Below are positions 26,047 through 33,979 of a stretch of DNA of 36,122 bases, piece by piece (the first letter of the stretch is position 1; every line of letters begins with the position of its first letter). Made by a program: the position numbers and the translations under genes. The stretch comes from a virus, in IMG/VR virus record IMGVR_UViG_3300009285_000035, positions 1 through 36,122 of that record, one strand, 5' to 3'. The notes beneath the pieces are model-generated. The model did no database searches and was not told the origin of the DNA. It was given only the letters and a program-made list of their open reading frames with translations.

Positions 26047-27141
26047 ATGCCTATAGGAAGGCAACTACTGTATGAACTCAAGCCAACCCAGGATATTGTA
26101 ATGGATACTGCCTTGGGTTTGGATGAACAGCTATTGGCATCGCTTATTGAGCATACCGACAGGCTGACCACCACCAAGACGTTAGAGATTTATGGCTCTA
26201 CCCCAGAGCTAAGGTCTACAGAGAGTGACCAGACCGACCCTGCTGGGCGGTATAGGTGGTTGGGCAGCGCAGACTCGTATTCGCTCCAACGTGCTCTGAC
26301 AGCAAACTGGGCGACAAGCCAGGAGATATTCACCTACGACCAGGCCACAGGCAGCATTGTCATAACGAACCGAGTCCAGTCTGCAACGACTGGTTCAATT
26401 AACATCTTTGCAGGTCGGCAGAGCACTCCTGTTATCTATGGTGGTCACGTCAGCTTCTATGGACACGGACACGCAACGTACCCTGGGGCTGCCGTCTTCC
26501 TCACCAGCGTAGCAAATGGACAGTCAGAACAAGTGGCAGGCCAGCTTACAGGCGCAACGGCCACTCCCCAAGCTCTGTGGCCCAAAGGTAGCGTCTCTCT
26601 CCCTGGCATATCCTTCATAGGTGATGCTGACACAGGGTTCTACAACGACAACGCTGGTTCCCTCTTTGTCGTCTCTAATGCCGTACTAAAGGCCACCTTC
26701 CAGAGCCATGTGGTGAGCACAGGTGCGGCTGAGTTCATAAACCAGAAAGCCGCTGCCTCTATCCAGTCTGCTATTTTTGAGGGAGACCGTGCTTCCCCTG
26801 CGGCTAACGACGAAGCCTATATCTCCTACCGCCTCTCGGACTCTGCGGGCAACCAGGACGAGCAGGTAAGGTTCACTTGGAAGGCTACGACGATTACCGA
26901 CGGTGCAACCCAGGATGCGGATGCCAGCTACAGCACCCTTATCAACAATGTCCTTACCGAGATGCTGCGCCTAAAGGGTGAGGATACGGGTGTAAATATC
27001 ACCACTAGCGTCAATGTGCCCACGACCTCTACCCTGGCCGCAAGCCAGATACGCTTTGTTGTGGATGCCGCAGATGCGCTGATTGCCTACTTCAACGATG
27101 CGGGGAGTATTCGTGCATTTACCATAGGTACTTTAGTATGA
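26047..27141 (+). CDS. Tail-fibre-like protein; last gene of the late operon.
   Basis: 'SLPGISFIGDADTGFYNDNAGSLFVVSN' resembles a motif common in phage fibre proteins. Confidence 0.5.
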   Translation: MPIGRQLLYELKPTQDIVMDTALGLDEQLLASLIEHTDRLTTTKTLEIYGSTPELRSTESDQTDPAGRYRWLGSADSYSLQRALTANWATSQEIFTYDQATGSIVITNRVQSATTGSINIFAGRQSTPVIYGGHVSFYGHGHATYPGAAVFLTSVANGQSEQVAGQLTGATATPQALWPKGSVSLPGISFIGDADTGFYNDNAGSLFVVSNAVLKATFQSHVVSTGAAEFINQKAAASIQSAIFEGDRASPAANDEAYISYRLSDSAGNQDEQVRFTWKATTITDGATQDADASYSTLINNVLTEMLRLKGEDTGVNITTSVNVPTTSTLAASQIRFVVDAADALIAYFNDAGSIRAFTIGTLV

Positions 27142-27318
27142 GCACGAAGATATTAATCTGGTCTAAGATACCGTTCAACACGTGTGGCACCCTTAGTTCT
27201 CATAGTGCCATTATACCACACTCTTGTTCTACGGGTACAATCCGCTCACTAACGATAGGAACACTGGTCTAACATGGCGATACGGAAATTGGTCATAATA
27301 CCACAGTAGGAGAAGAAC

Positions 27319-27504
27319 ATGGCGAAGAAGGCACCTGTTAAGAGCAAGGCAGCACAGGCTAGGGTGTCAGCAAAGATAAGTCATCTGCACAAAGCGGAAC
27401 CAGCGATGCCACACAAACAGCACGTAGCAATGGCGATAAATATGGAGCGTGAGCACCGCCTTGGCCCTAGCGGAGCCTATAAACCCGTTAAACGGAAGAA
27501 GTAA
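27319..27504 (+). CDS. Small basic protein (61 aa).
   Basis: RBS AGGAGAAG. 'HKQHVAMAINMEREHR' recalls small bacterial proteins with a KQAIAI..SEAR motif. Recollection only. Confidence 0.55.
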   Translation: MAKKAPVKSKAAQARVSAKISHLHKAEPAMPHKQHVAMAINMEREHRLGPSGAYKPVKRKK

Positions 27505-27522
27505 ACCTTACTACCTAGGGAC

Positions 27523-27552
27523 TTGACAAGAGCCACATGGGAAGAATACACT
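27523..27552 (+). promoter_or_regulatory. Sigma-70-type promoter: TTGACA, 18-nt spacer, TACACT.
   Basis: CTTGACAAGAGCCAC at 27522-27536 is identical to 28969-28983. Confidence 0.6.
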
Positions 27553-27593
27553 AGCCAAGGTATCTTGAAATCACAGATTGTGAGGACAAGCTA

Positions 27594-28040
27594 GTGCCCA
27601 GACTCGACGACAGTCAGGTCATGCCCATCTTGGACTTCTGGCGTGACGCACTCAGGCTGACAGACTGGGACTTCCGCATTGTATGGACTGACAAGGATTT
27701 AACGGCAGACTTTGGCTACCTTGCTAGGGCTGCCACCACACCCCACTTGCCTTCCCTCAAGGCAGAGATTACCATAGATGAACGTCAGCCCTGGCTTGTA
27801 ACCATAGACTACTGGGCACCTGCCAACATAGAGGAAACTATCATTCATGAACTAGTTCATGTGCGATTGGCGGCAACCGAGACTGCCATAGACTCTATCC
27901 TGCACATCGCAAATAGCCACATTCCCCCATCTCTTCATCCCGTCCTGGAGCAACAACTCAGTGCGCTGCGAGAGGCATACGTTGAAACCGTAACGAGTGT
28001 CCTATTCCGCATGGTGCATCCAGAGCCAAAGGAGACGTGA
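27594..28040 (+). CDS. Putative zinc metallopeptidase-like protein (HExxH).
   Basis: GTG start 7 nt after GAGGA. 'IIHELVHV' is the only diagnostic motif. Confidence 0.45.
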   Translation: MPRLDDSQVMPILDFWRDALRLTDWDFRIVWTDKDLTADFGYLARAATTPHLPSLKAEITIDERQPWLVTIDYWAPANIEETIIHELVHVRLAATETAIDSILHIANSHIPPSLHPVLEQQLSALREAYVETVTSVLFRMVHPEPKET

Positions 28041-28043
28041 CCA

Positions 28044-28916
28044 TTGGAGATTTGGGAAACAGACATAAAGGCATGCGTGGCGGCAACGATGGAGTGGAAG
28101 GATATAGTGCTGATGCCGCTAGGAGATGTCCAGCTAGGAGCCTTGGGATGCGATGAGGACAAGTTTCGTAGGCATATAGAATGGGGGATCAAGAACGATG
28201 CACTGTTCCTGGGCATGGGAGACTACGTGGACGTAGCCAGCCCATCCAACAGGATGAACATCAAGTCCATAGAGTTATATGATTCCGTGCATGACGCCCT
28301 GGAACAAGCAGCCCAGAGTGCTGTACAGCGGTTCCTGCATCTGGTAGAGGGGACAAAGGGACGCTGGCTAGGGATGCTAGAGGGGCACCACTTCTGGGAG
28401 TTCGCCGATGGCACCACCTCTGATACCCGTATCGCGCAGGCCCTTGCCGCACCCTTCCTTGGCAACTGCGCCTTTGTCAGGCTGCGGTTCAACCACTCCA
28501 AGACATCAATGACGAAATACACCGTATGGTGTCACCACGGGGTAGGTGGTGGTATGAAAGTCTCTGCTCCCTTGAACCGCTTGGAGAATCTCTTGGCGCA
28601 CCACGAGGCCAATATGTATCTCATAGGGCACCACCACAAGAAGGTTGTGGCCGAGATACCTCGCATGTACATGACGGAGAGGAAACCTTACACAATAGGG
28701 GATAAGCCACAGATAATTGCCTGCACGGGTTCCTTCTTGAAAGGCTATATGGCGGGGAGTCACAATGGGAACCGCCCTATGGGTAGCTACGTGGAGAAGA
28801 AGATGCTGAACCCCGTTGGCCTTGGCGGGCTGGTCTTTACCCTGCACCCTCATGCCTCGAATAGCAAAATCCGCATAGACGTGGGATGGAGTGGTTCTAC
28901 GGGCGACCCCATGTAG
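28044..28916 (+). CDS. Calcineurin-like metallophosphoesterase (phage protein phosphatase or SbcD-like).
   Basis: 'PLGDVQLG', 'GMGDYVD', 'LEGHH', 'CHHGVGGG' and 'GHHHK' occur in the canonical order. TTG start 9 nt after AAGGAG; ATG 28089 is the alternative. Confidence 0.75.
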   Translation: MEIWETDIKACVAATMEWKDIVLMPLGDVQLGALGCDEDKFRRHIEWGIKNDALFLGMGDYVDVASPSNRMNIKSIELYDSVHDALEQAAQSAVQRFLHLVEGTKGRWLGMLEGHHFWEFADGTTSDTRIAQALAAPFLGNCAFVRLRFNHSKTSMTKYTVWCHHGVGGGMKVSAPLNRLENLLAHHEANMYLIGHHHKKVVAEIPRMYMTERKPYTIGDKPQIIACTGSFLKGYMAGSHNGNRPMGSYVEKKMLNPVGLGGLVFTLHPHASNSKIRIDVGWSGSTGDPM

Positions 28917-28969
28917 TCTTCTATACCTCCCATAGAAAAGCTCAATGGGAGTCATATCTGAGGGGGGGC

Positions 28970-28999
28970 TTGACAAGAGCCACGGAGAAGGGTTACACT
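28970..28999 (+). promoter_or_regulatory. Sigma-70-type promoter: TTGACA, 18-nt spacer, TACACT (second copy).
   Basis: Same 15-nt core as at 27522. The -10 ends 6 nt before ATG 29006. Confidence 0.6.
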
Positions 29000-29005
29000 C
29001 ACACC

Positions 29006-29197
29006 ATGAGCACAGCACTTGAACTTCACAACCGTCGGCAGATAGAGGCAGCCTTGCCCCGTTTTCGGCTAATCCTGGCATGGCGCAAGGAAGGGCTTAC
29101 CTTCCAGGATATAGGCGACGGGCTTGGTGTCAGTCGTGAACGGGCACAGCAACTATACCGCAAGGCGCTGAGGAGATGCCATGACACAACAAGCTGA
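29006..29197 (+). CDS. Small HTH regulator (sigma-70 region-4/LuxR-like), probably leaderless.
   Basis: 'LTFQDIGDGLGVSRERAQQLYRKALRR'. The ATG lies where transcription from the upstream promoter should start. The track's longer ORF (from 28886) overlaps the previous gene. Confidence 0.6.
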   Translation: MSTALELHNRRQIEAALPRFRLILAWRKEGLTFQDIGDGLGVSRERAQQLYRKALRRCHDTTS

Positions 29198-29639
29198 CAA
29201 GTTGCAACTCTGCGAGATGACGACGGAGTGCCTAGACTCAGGTGAGGATATTGGTATGAATAATGAGGGCGCCCATACTGAGTTCGGATACCGTCGCTTT
29301 CAGGATATTCCGCATAGGGTCTGTAACGGTACGGGCCGTGTCTACTTGCTCGACTCAGACGGCAAGTTTGGGCTGCGGATAACTTGCCATACTCAGCAAT
29401 GTTCTGAATATGGCCGTGCAGTTAAGAAAAACCACTTGCCAACCAGTCTTTGCAATGGGTTTAAGCCTACGACTAACCTCTGGGCATATGTCAGAGCGGC
29501 ATGGGGCGTAATAGACGACGAATATCGCACTCATCAGTTAGACATTATGCAAGCTATTGATGATGCGCTAACTGGGGGCACAGATCCAGGCCGAGCCGCC
29601 TTTGATGTGGTGGCTGAAGCATTGCTGAAGGGAGGGTAG
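29181..29639 (+). CDS. Paralogue A of a tandem gene pair (152 aa).
   Basis: RBS GAGGAG. The first 33 nt are identical to those of paralogue B. Confidence 0.65.
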   Translation: MTQQADKLQLCEMTTECLDSGEDIGMNNEGAHTEFGYRRFQDIPHRVCNGTGRVYLLDSDGKFGLRITCHTQQCSEYGRAVKKNHLPTSLCNGFKPTTNLWAYVRAAWGVIDDEYRTHQLDIMQAIDDALTGGTDPGRAAFDVVAEALLKGG

Positions 29640-29642
29640 TCC

Positions 29643-30056
29643 ATGACACAACAAGCTGACAAGTTGCAACTCTGCTTGCTGACGACGGAGTGCCCCCTGT
29701 GGCAGTCAGCGTGGCATGGTTGGGGTACTACCCCCAACCCAGAGTGTCAAACCTGTCATGGGCCTGGCCGCATCCCGCTGCTTGACCCAGACGGCAAGTT
29801 TGGGCTGCGGGTGAAGTGTCTAGGAGAGCATATCCTTACTAGACAGCCTGTCATACTGACAGCGCCCTGTGAACAGGTTGGTTGCAATGGCTGGACACCT
29901 ACTACAGACCTATGGGCGTATGTGAGAGCAGCGTGGCAGGATGAGCACGGGGAGTTAGAGGACAAGATTATTGATGCCATAGTGGATGCACTCAACAATA
30001 AGCGAAACTTTGTCCGAGCCGCCTTTGATGTGGTAGCAGAAGTGCTGTTAATATGA
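29643..30056 (+). CDS. Paralogue B (137 aa) with a CxxCxGxG zinc-finger motif.
   Basis: RBS GGAGGG. 'CQTCHGPGR'. Shares 'DGKFGLR', 'PTT.LWAYVRAAW' and 'RAAFDVVAE.LL' with paralogue A. Confidence 0.65.
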   Translation: MTQQADKLQLCLLTTECPLWQSAWHGWGTTPNPECQTCHGPGRIPLLDPDGKFGLRVKCLGEHILTRQPVILTAPCEQVGCNGWTPTTDLWAYVRAAWQDEHGELEDKIIDAIVDALNNKRNFVRAAFDVVAEVLLI

Positions 30057-30080
30057 GCACAGAGGACACCTACAGGGATC

Positions 30081-30278
30081 ATGAGCACACCTAAACAATG
30101 CGTTAACTGTGGCCACATTGGCCCTGATGTAATAGACATACTGGGCTATGTTGGTGGCAAGGGCTACATCCGACAGCCCCAATGCCAATACCTTGCTGAC
30201 TGTTGGGCAAGGTGGGATGCCAAGCACGGAGTGACGGTGCCTGGGGTTCCTCACCTCCCCCCAGGCACTCCCCCTTGA
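30081..30278 (+). CDS. Small Cys-containing protein (65 aa).
   Basis: 'CVNCGH...C..LADC'. Weak RBS. Confidence 0.45.
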   Translation: MSTPKQCVNCGHIGPDVIDILGYVGGKGYIRQPQCQYLADCWARWDAKHGVTVPGVPHLPPGTPP

Positions 30279-30310
30279 CAGTTCCTAGTGCTGCTAATGC
30301 GCCGAAATCA

Positions 30311-30336
30311 CCCCGCTGTACTAGGCAACAGCGGGG
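30311..30336 (+). promoter_or_regulatory. Perfect 8-bp GC-rich hairpin with a 10-nt loop.
   Basis: CCCCGCTG pairs with CAGCGGGG. Intergenic. No U-tract. Confidence 0.4.
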
Positions 30337-30355
30337 ACAAGTAGAAGGGGGCAAC

Positions 30356-30562
30356 ATGGAAGTCAGGGTTAGAGCATCAGCGTCACGGACAAGCAAGGGC
30401 TACTCGGTGGACTCCACGTTTGAATTAGGAGGGCCACTTGGGGTTGGAGTAGGTCTGACTGAGGCCAAGGGTCTAGGCGAAGGAGCACAGGACTTCGTGC
30501 TAGCTCAACTAAAGCGGCTCATGGGGCTGCTAGAGGCGGAGTTCCCACAGGAGAAGACATGA
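30356..30562 (+). CDS. Hypothetical protein (68 aa).
   Basis: ATG 30356 follows GAAGGGGG. The track's longer version (from 30203) overlaps the previous gene. Confidence 0.5.
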   Translation: MEVRVRASASRTSKGYSVDSTFELGGPLGVGVGLTEAKGLGEGAQDFVLAQLKRLMGLLEAEFPQEKT

Positions 30563-30771
30563 CAGCACAGAATCTAGGCGCGGATTACGATTGTGTCGGA
30601 GGCTGCCACGGGCAAGGATACCTTATCGAGATAAAGGCAGCCGATAAACTAATACGGCTTCTCAAAGCTATCCGCATTAGTTTGCTTGCGGGGGGTAAGG
30701 ATGCTTCTAGGGCCTTAGATACTGCCCTGGCTGAATGGGAGCAGTCAAAGCTAGACAGAACAAGGAGATAA
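30559..30771 (+). CDS. Hypothetical protein (70 aa).
   Basis: ATGA coupling. Confidence 0.55.
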   Translation: MTAQNLGADYDCVGGCHGQGYLIEIKAADKLIRLLKAIRISLLAGGKDASRALDTALAEWEQSKLDRTRR

Positions 30772-30775
30772 AGAC

Positions 30776-31717
30776 ATGACAACGGATTTGGCAACACGTG
30801 ATGAATCAGCACTCAGTCCAGAGGTATTTGGGCGGCAGATTACATGGGCGCATGAGAAGGCCCGCCTACTAAAAACCATAGTGGACAGTCAGAAGCTCTC
30901 AGTGAAGGTGGGCCCATCTGAGCACCTGCGGTTAGAGGCATGGCAGACCATTGGCAAGGGGTATGGGTACAGCGCATCCACTGAGGTTCAAGAGCTTCTG
31001 CGGGATGATGGGGGCAACATCATCGGAGTACAGGCTCGTGCCTCAATCATAGACATGGCGACTGGCATTATTGTTGGAGGGGCTGACTCCTATTGCTTCG
31101 CCGCAGAAGAAGGCAAAGGACAACAGACCATCGCTCAGTTGGCTGGCATGGCGCAGACCAGGGCGGAGGCAAGGGCCTTCAAGCAAATGTTGTCCTGGGT
31201 GGTGGTTCTAGCAGGCTATGATGCCACACCCGCCGAGGAGATGGTGGGTGCCCTGGCGAGAGAGAGGACGGCCAGGGGTTCGAGAGGGGCTAATGGCGAT
31301 GGCGGGTCTGAGCCTTCAAACTTTTGCCCATTGCATAGGGTAGACTGGTTCAAGCGAGGCCAGATGAAAGCATGGGGCCATCCCGTAGAGGGTGAGACCA
31401 ACGCCAAGACGGGTAAGAACGTCTGGTGTATGAAAGCCGATATCCTGGCAAAGACTACCCCTTCTAAATCGCTCCAGGATGACCAGGAAGGCGGGTCTGA
31501 GCCTCCCTGGGTAGTAGACGTGGTGCCCACCCCCCAGAAGGCCAGTTTTGCAAACCTTGGGGAGCTGATGGACAGGATCAACAAAACTTATCACCTCACC
31601 ACGAACCAAGTCCTGGATATTTTGGAACTAGGACACATGGGACAACTCAATGAGAAGTTCCCTGATAAGGCTGTGGCCTGGGAGCGCATTGTGGCGTCAC
31701 AGCAAGGGAAAGGGTAG
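30776..31717 (+). CDS. Possible single-strand annealing/recombination protein (Rad52/Sak-like), with a C-terminal extension.
   Basis: 'AGMAQTRAEARAFKQML' resembles the A.T.A.KRA motif of Rad52-like annealing proteins. Weak, judged by eye only. Confidence 0.35.
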   Translation: MTTDLATRDESALSPEVFGRQITWAHEKARLLKTIVDSQKLSVKVGPSEHLRLEAWQTIGKGYGYSASTEVQELLRDDGGNIIGVQARASIIDMATGIIVGGADSYCFAAEEGKGQQTIAQLAGMAQTRAEARAFKQMLSWVVVLAGYDATPAEEMVGALARERTARGSRGANGDGGSEPSNFCPLHRVDWFKRGQMKAWGHPVEGETNAKTGKNVWCMKADILAKTTPSKSLQDDQEGGSEPPWVVDVVPTPQKASFANLGELMDRINKTYHLTTNQVLDILELGHMGQLNEKFPDKAVAWERIVASQQGKG

Positions 31718-31729
31718 GAAGCACGGGCC

Positions 31730-32356
31730 ATGATGACTAACATCGCCTACAAGTATTTGAACGCAGACGGAACGCCCTACAACGGCGGGGCCGGCACCTG
31801 GCACCTGCCCAAGGGTGGAAGGCCAGGACGTTGGATGCCGAAGATTCTCAACCTGGTGCCGTGCAAGTCAGGATACCACGGCTGCCGAGAGCAGGATCTC
31901 TTGTCGTGGTATGGCCCCACCCTATGGCTGATGGAGTACCGTGAGCCATTTGTCATACATGAGGACAACAAAATAGTGGCCTCTCAAGCCAGGCTCATCT
32001 CACAGTTCACAACCTGGAACGAGCGCACACAGCGACTATTCGCTGCCGACTGCGCCGAGCACGTGGCGCATCTGTACAATAGATCAACTGGTTGGCAGCC
32101 TGCCGATACGATAGAGGTTGCGAGGCGCTATGCAAACGGGTTGGCTAGTGAGGCAGAGCTGGCTGCCGCATGGGAGGCCGCATGGGCCGCCGCACAGGCC
32201 GCCGTAGGGGCCGCCGCACGGGCCGCCGTAGGGGCCGTATGGGAGGCCGCATGGGCCGCCGCACAGGCCGCCGTAGGGGCCGCCGCACGGAACGCCGCAT
32301 CGACGACTGAGCGACAATGGCAGATAGCACGCCTGATGGAATACCTCGGCAACTAA
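31730..32356 (+). CDS. Hypothetical protein with a C-terminal Ala/Trp-rich helical repeat.
   Basis: The 'AAWEAAWAAAQAAVGAAARAAVG' unit is repeated. The N-terminus, 'YKYLNADGTPYNGG...W.LP', is of a type I have seen in other uncharacterised proteins. Confidence 0.6.
   Translation: MMTNIAYKYLNADGTPYNGGAGTWHLPKGGRPGRWMPKILNLVPCKSGYHGCREQDLLSWYGPTLWLMEYREPFVIHEDNKIVASQARLISQFTTWNERTQRLFAADCAEHVAHLYNRSTGWQPADTIEVARRYANGLASEAELAAAWEAAWAAAQAAVGAAARAAVGAVWEAAWAAAQAAVGAAARNAASTTERQWQIARLMEYLGN
32171..32290 (+). repeat. Tandem duplication with a 69-bp period; the exact core is 51 bp.
   Basis: TGGGAGGCCGCATGGGCCGCCGCACAGGCCGCCGTAGGGGCCGCCGCACGG occurs at 32171-32221 and again at 32240-32290. Confidence 0.9.
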
Positions 32357-32384
32357 CTAGATTGGTGCATAAAGAAGGTTTGAA

Positions 32385-32633
32385 ATGGCAAACGAAGTGA
32401 TACAGATAAGAAAAGGGAGTGATGGTTCCTACTGGGTATACCGTCTAGCATCGAACGGTAGATATGAATTACTAGATGGTCGAGGTAATTGGCAACCCGT
32501 GAAAGAAGGTGAACTGAATCCAAATCCCACGGTTCCACACAAACTATTGAAGGCAAAGTCGAAGATGGTTGGTGACGATATGCCCGACGACCTAGAGGAA
32601 TACTACAATCGTAGAGCAGAGGAGAAGCCATGA
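32385..32633 (+). CDS. Hypothetical protein (82 aa).
   Basis: Intact ORF with a weak RBS. Confidence 0.55.
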   Translation: MANEVIQIRKGSDGSYWVYRLASNGRYELLDGRGNWQPVKEGELNPNPTVPHKLLKAKSKMVGDDMPDDLEEYYNRRAEEKP

Positions 32634-32649
32634 ACAGGAGGAGGGGATA

Positions 32650-32883
32650 ATGACTACAATAAACGTTATACCTATCTCCGCCGCCGCTAGCTATCTGGCC
32701 TTTGAGTGCTGCCTTTGCACGATGCAAGACACACATGGAATGGTAAGGGAGCGGCCTCTGTACTCCTCGGTGAGATATTGCCCAGAGTGCAAGCATACGG
32801 TCTGCGACAAACACTGGATGCCATGTAACCAATGCTACGCCTGCTGCTGGGAATCTTGCTTAGAAAGGCATTGGGAAGTATGA
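32650..32883 (+). CDS. Cys-rich zinc-finger protein (77 aa).
   Basis: RBS AGGAGGAGGGG. 'CPECKHTVCDKHWMPCNQCYACCWESC'. Confidence 0.6.
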   Translation: MTTINVIPISAAASYLAFECCLCTMQDTHGMVRERPLYSSVRYCPECKHTVCDKHWMPCNQCYACCWESCLERHWEV

Positions 32884-33089
32884 AGTTCCGTTTATTCCGC
32901 AAGAAGCCTACCCAAACCACGGTGACGACTGATAACGACGAAGCGCTGGATGCTGCACTCTACAGAGAGTGGCAGCTTGCCTCAGAGGATTTCAGCACCA
33001 ATATGGACTTTGAGACATGGAAATCTTCCCGCAAACTATGGTCTTGCATAGCACCCACTATTATGACCACGCCAAGCATACGCGGATGA
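32880..33089 (+). CDS. Hypothetical protein (69 aa).
   Basis: ATGA coupling at both ends. The track's TTG/ATG 32832 start is less likely. Confidence 0.5.
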   Translation: MKFRLFRKKPTQTTVTTDNDEALDAALYREWQLASEDFSTNMDFETWKSSRKLWSCIAPTIMTTPSIRG

Positions 33090-33859
33090 TGATGGTAGAG
33101 ACGCCTAAATATCTAGGGCAACAAGTGGAGATTAAAGGCCATCTGCTGCGTGACGGGTTTGTCCCTGTCAACCATGCTCTCATAAGGACACAAAGGTTAA
33201 CGCCATACGAGAAGCTCGTACTCATCCTTTTACTGAGCCGAGCCAACAAGGATGGTGGGTCGTGGCCTGGGCATGATGGGCTGGCAGAAAACCTTGGAAT
33301 CAATAGTAGAACCGTTCTTCGGGCTCTTGCTCGGCTTCGCTCCCTGGGGCTAGTCACTTGGGAACGGCGAGGCCAGGGTCACACAAACCTTTACGTTGTC
33401 CACGAAACCAAACTGTCTGCTTTCATAGCTGAACTGACTCAGAGTCAGTTCTTGATAGGACTGACAGTCAGTTCTAGAACTGACCCAGAGTCATACAAAG
33501 AAGAACCAGTAGAAGAAGAACCAGATCTACTACTACAGAAAGATACAGTAGCAGAGAAAGAGGGGGATAATAAGGGGGGGAAAACCCCAGTCATTTATGA
33601 TGGTGAATCTCTGCTGGCTGTTGTTGACCGGGGGTTTTTAGAGCAGAGCTTTCCAGGGGTTGATTTGGCATACGAAGCCCAGAAGTGTGTAGACTGGTGG
33701 CTAGAGGGTGGCAAGAAAATGAAACGGCCCCGTGTGGCCTTTACGAACTGGCTAGAGAATGTTGGCAACCGCTCTAATGGACGCAAGGCAACGGAGAGTC
33801 CCAAGGCGGACGATCCCCAAGAGTACCTTCGGCGATATGAACGGCTGGTGCGCCGATGA
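33086..33859 (+). CDS. Winged-helix DNA-binding protein; candidate replication initiator or organiser.
   Basis: 'LTPYEKLVLILLLSRANKDGGSWPGHDGLAENLGINSRTVLRALARLRSLGLV' is a typical wHTH. ATG triplet at 33086, coupled to the upstream stop. Confidence 0.5.
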   Translation: MMMVETPKYLGQQVEIKGHLLRDGFVPVNHALIRTQRLTPYEKLVLILLLSRANKDGGSWPGHDGLAENLGINSRTVLRALARLRSLGLVTWERRGQGHTNLYVVHETKLSAFIAELTQSQFLIGLTVSSRTDPESYKEEPVEEEPDLLLQKDTVAEKEGDNKGGKTPVIYDGESLLAVVDRGFLEQSFPGVDLAYEAQKCVDWWLEGGKKMKRPRVAFTNWLENVGNRSNGRKATESPKADDPQEYLRRYERLVRR

Positions 33860-33882
33860 AGGTTGTTTGAAGATAACGTTAA

Positions 33883-33958
33883 GTGGGGGAAGTGTAATGG
33901 TTATGCACGATAGGTTGTGGCCCTATCAGACTGGGTTCAAATCCCGGCCCTCACTCCA
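33883..33958 (+). tRNA. tRNA-His (anticodon GTG) with an encoded CCA.
   Basis: Folded by hand. Acceptor: GTGGGGG/CCCTCAC. D-stem: GTGT/GCAC, with GG in the loop. Anticodon stem: ATAGG/CCTAT, loop TTGTGGC. T-arm: CTGGG-TTCAAAT-CCCGG. 76 nt, ending in CCA. Confidence 0.82.
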
Positions 33959-33979
33959 ACAAGTGAAAGGAGGTCGTAG

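Noticed and set aside
27158-27272. 9-bp direct repeat CTGGTCTAA at 27158-27166 and 27264-27272, plus the palindrome ACACGTGT, in the 178-bp gap after the late operon.
   Set aside because: These are short enough to occur by chance. I found no convincing terminator or promoter geometry around them. I note them only as a place to look for the late-operon terminator.
30275-30303. A perfect TTGACA at 30275-30280, considered as a fourth promoter.
   Set aside because: No acceptable -10 hexamer lies at 16-19 nt. TAATGC would need a 14-nt spacer. It also lacks the AAGAGCC extension shared by the other copies.
32084-32352. Three overlapping minus-strand ORFs with proline/arginine or alanine repeats.
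   Set aside because: They are generated by the GC-rich 69-bp tandem repeat inside gene 31730-32356 and are not independent genes.
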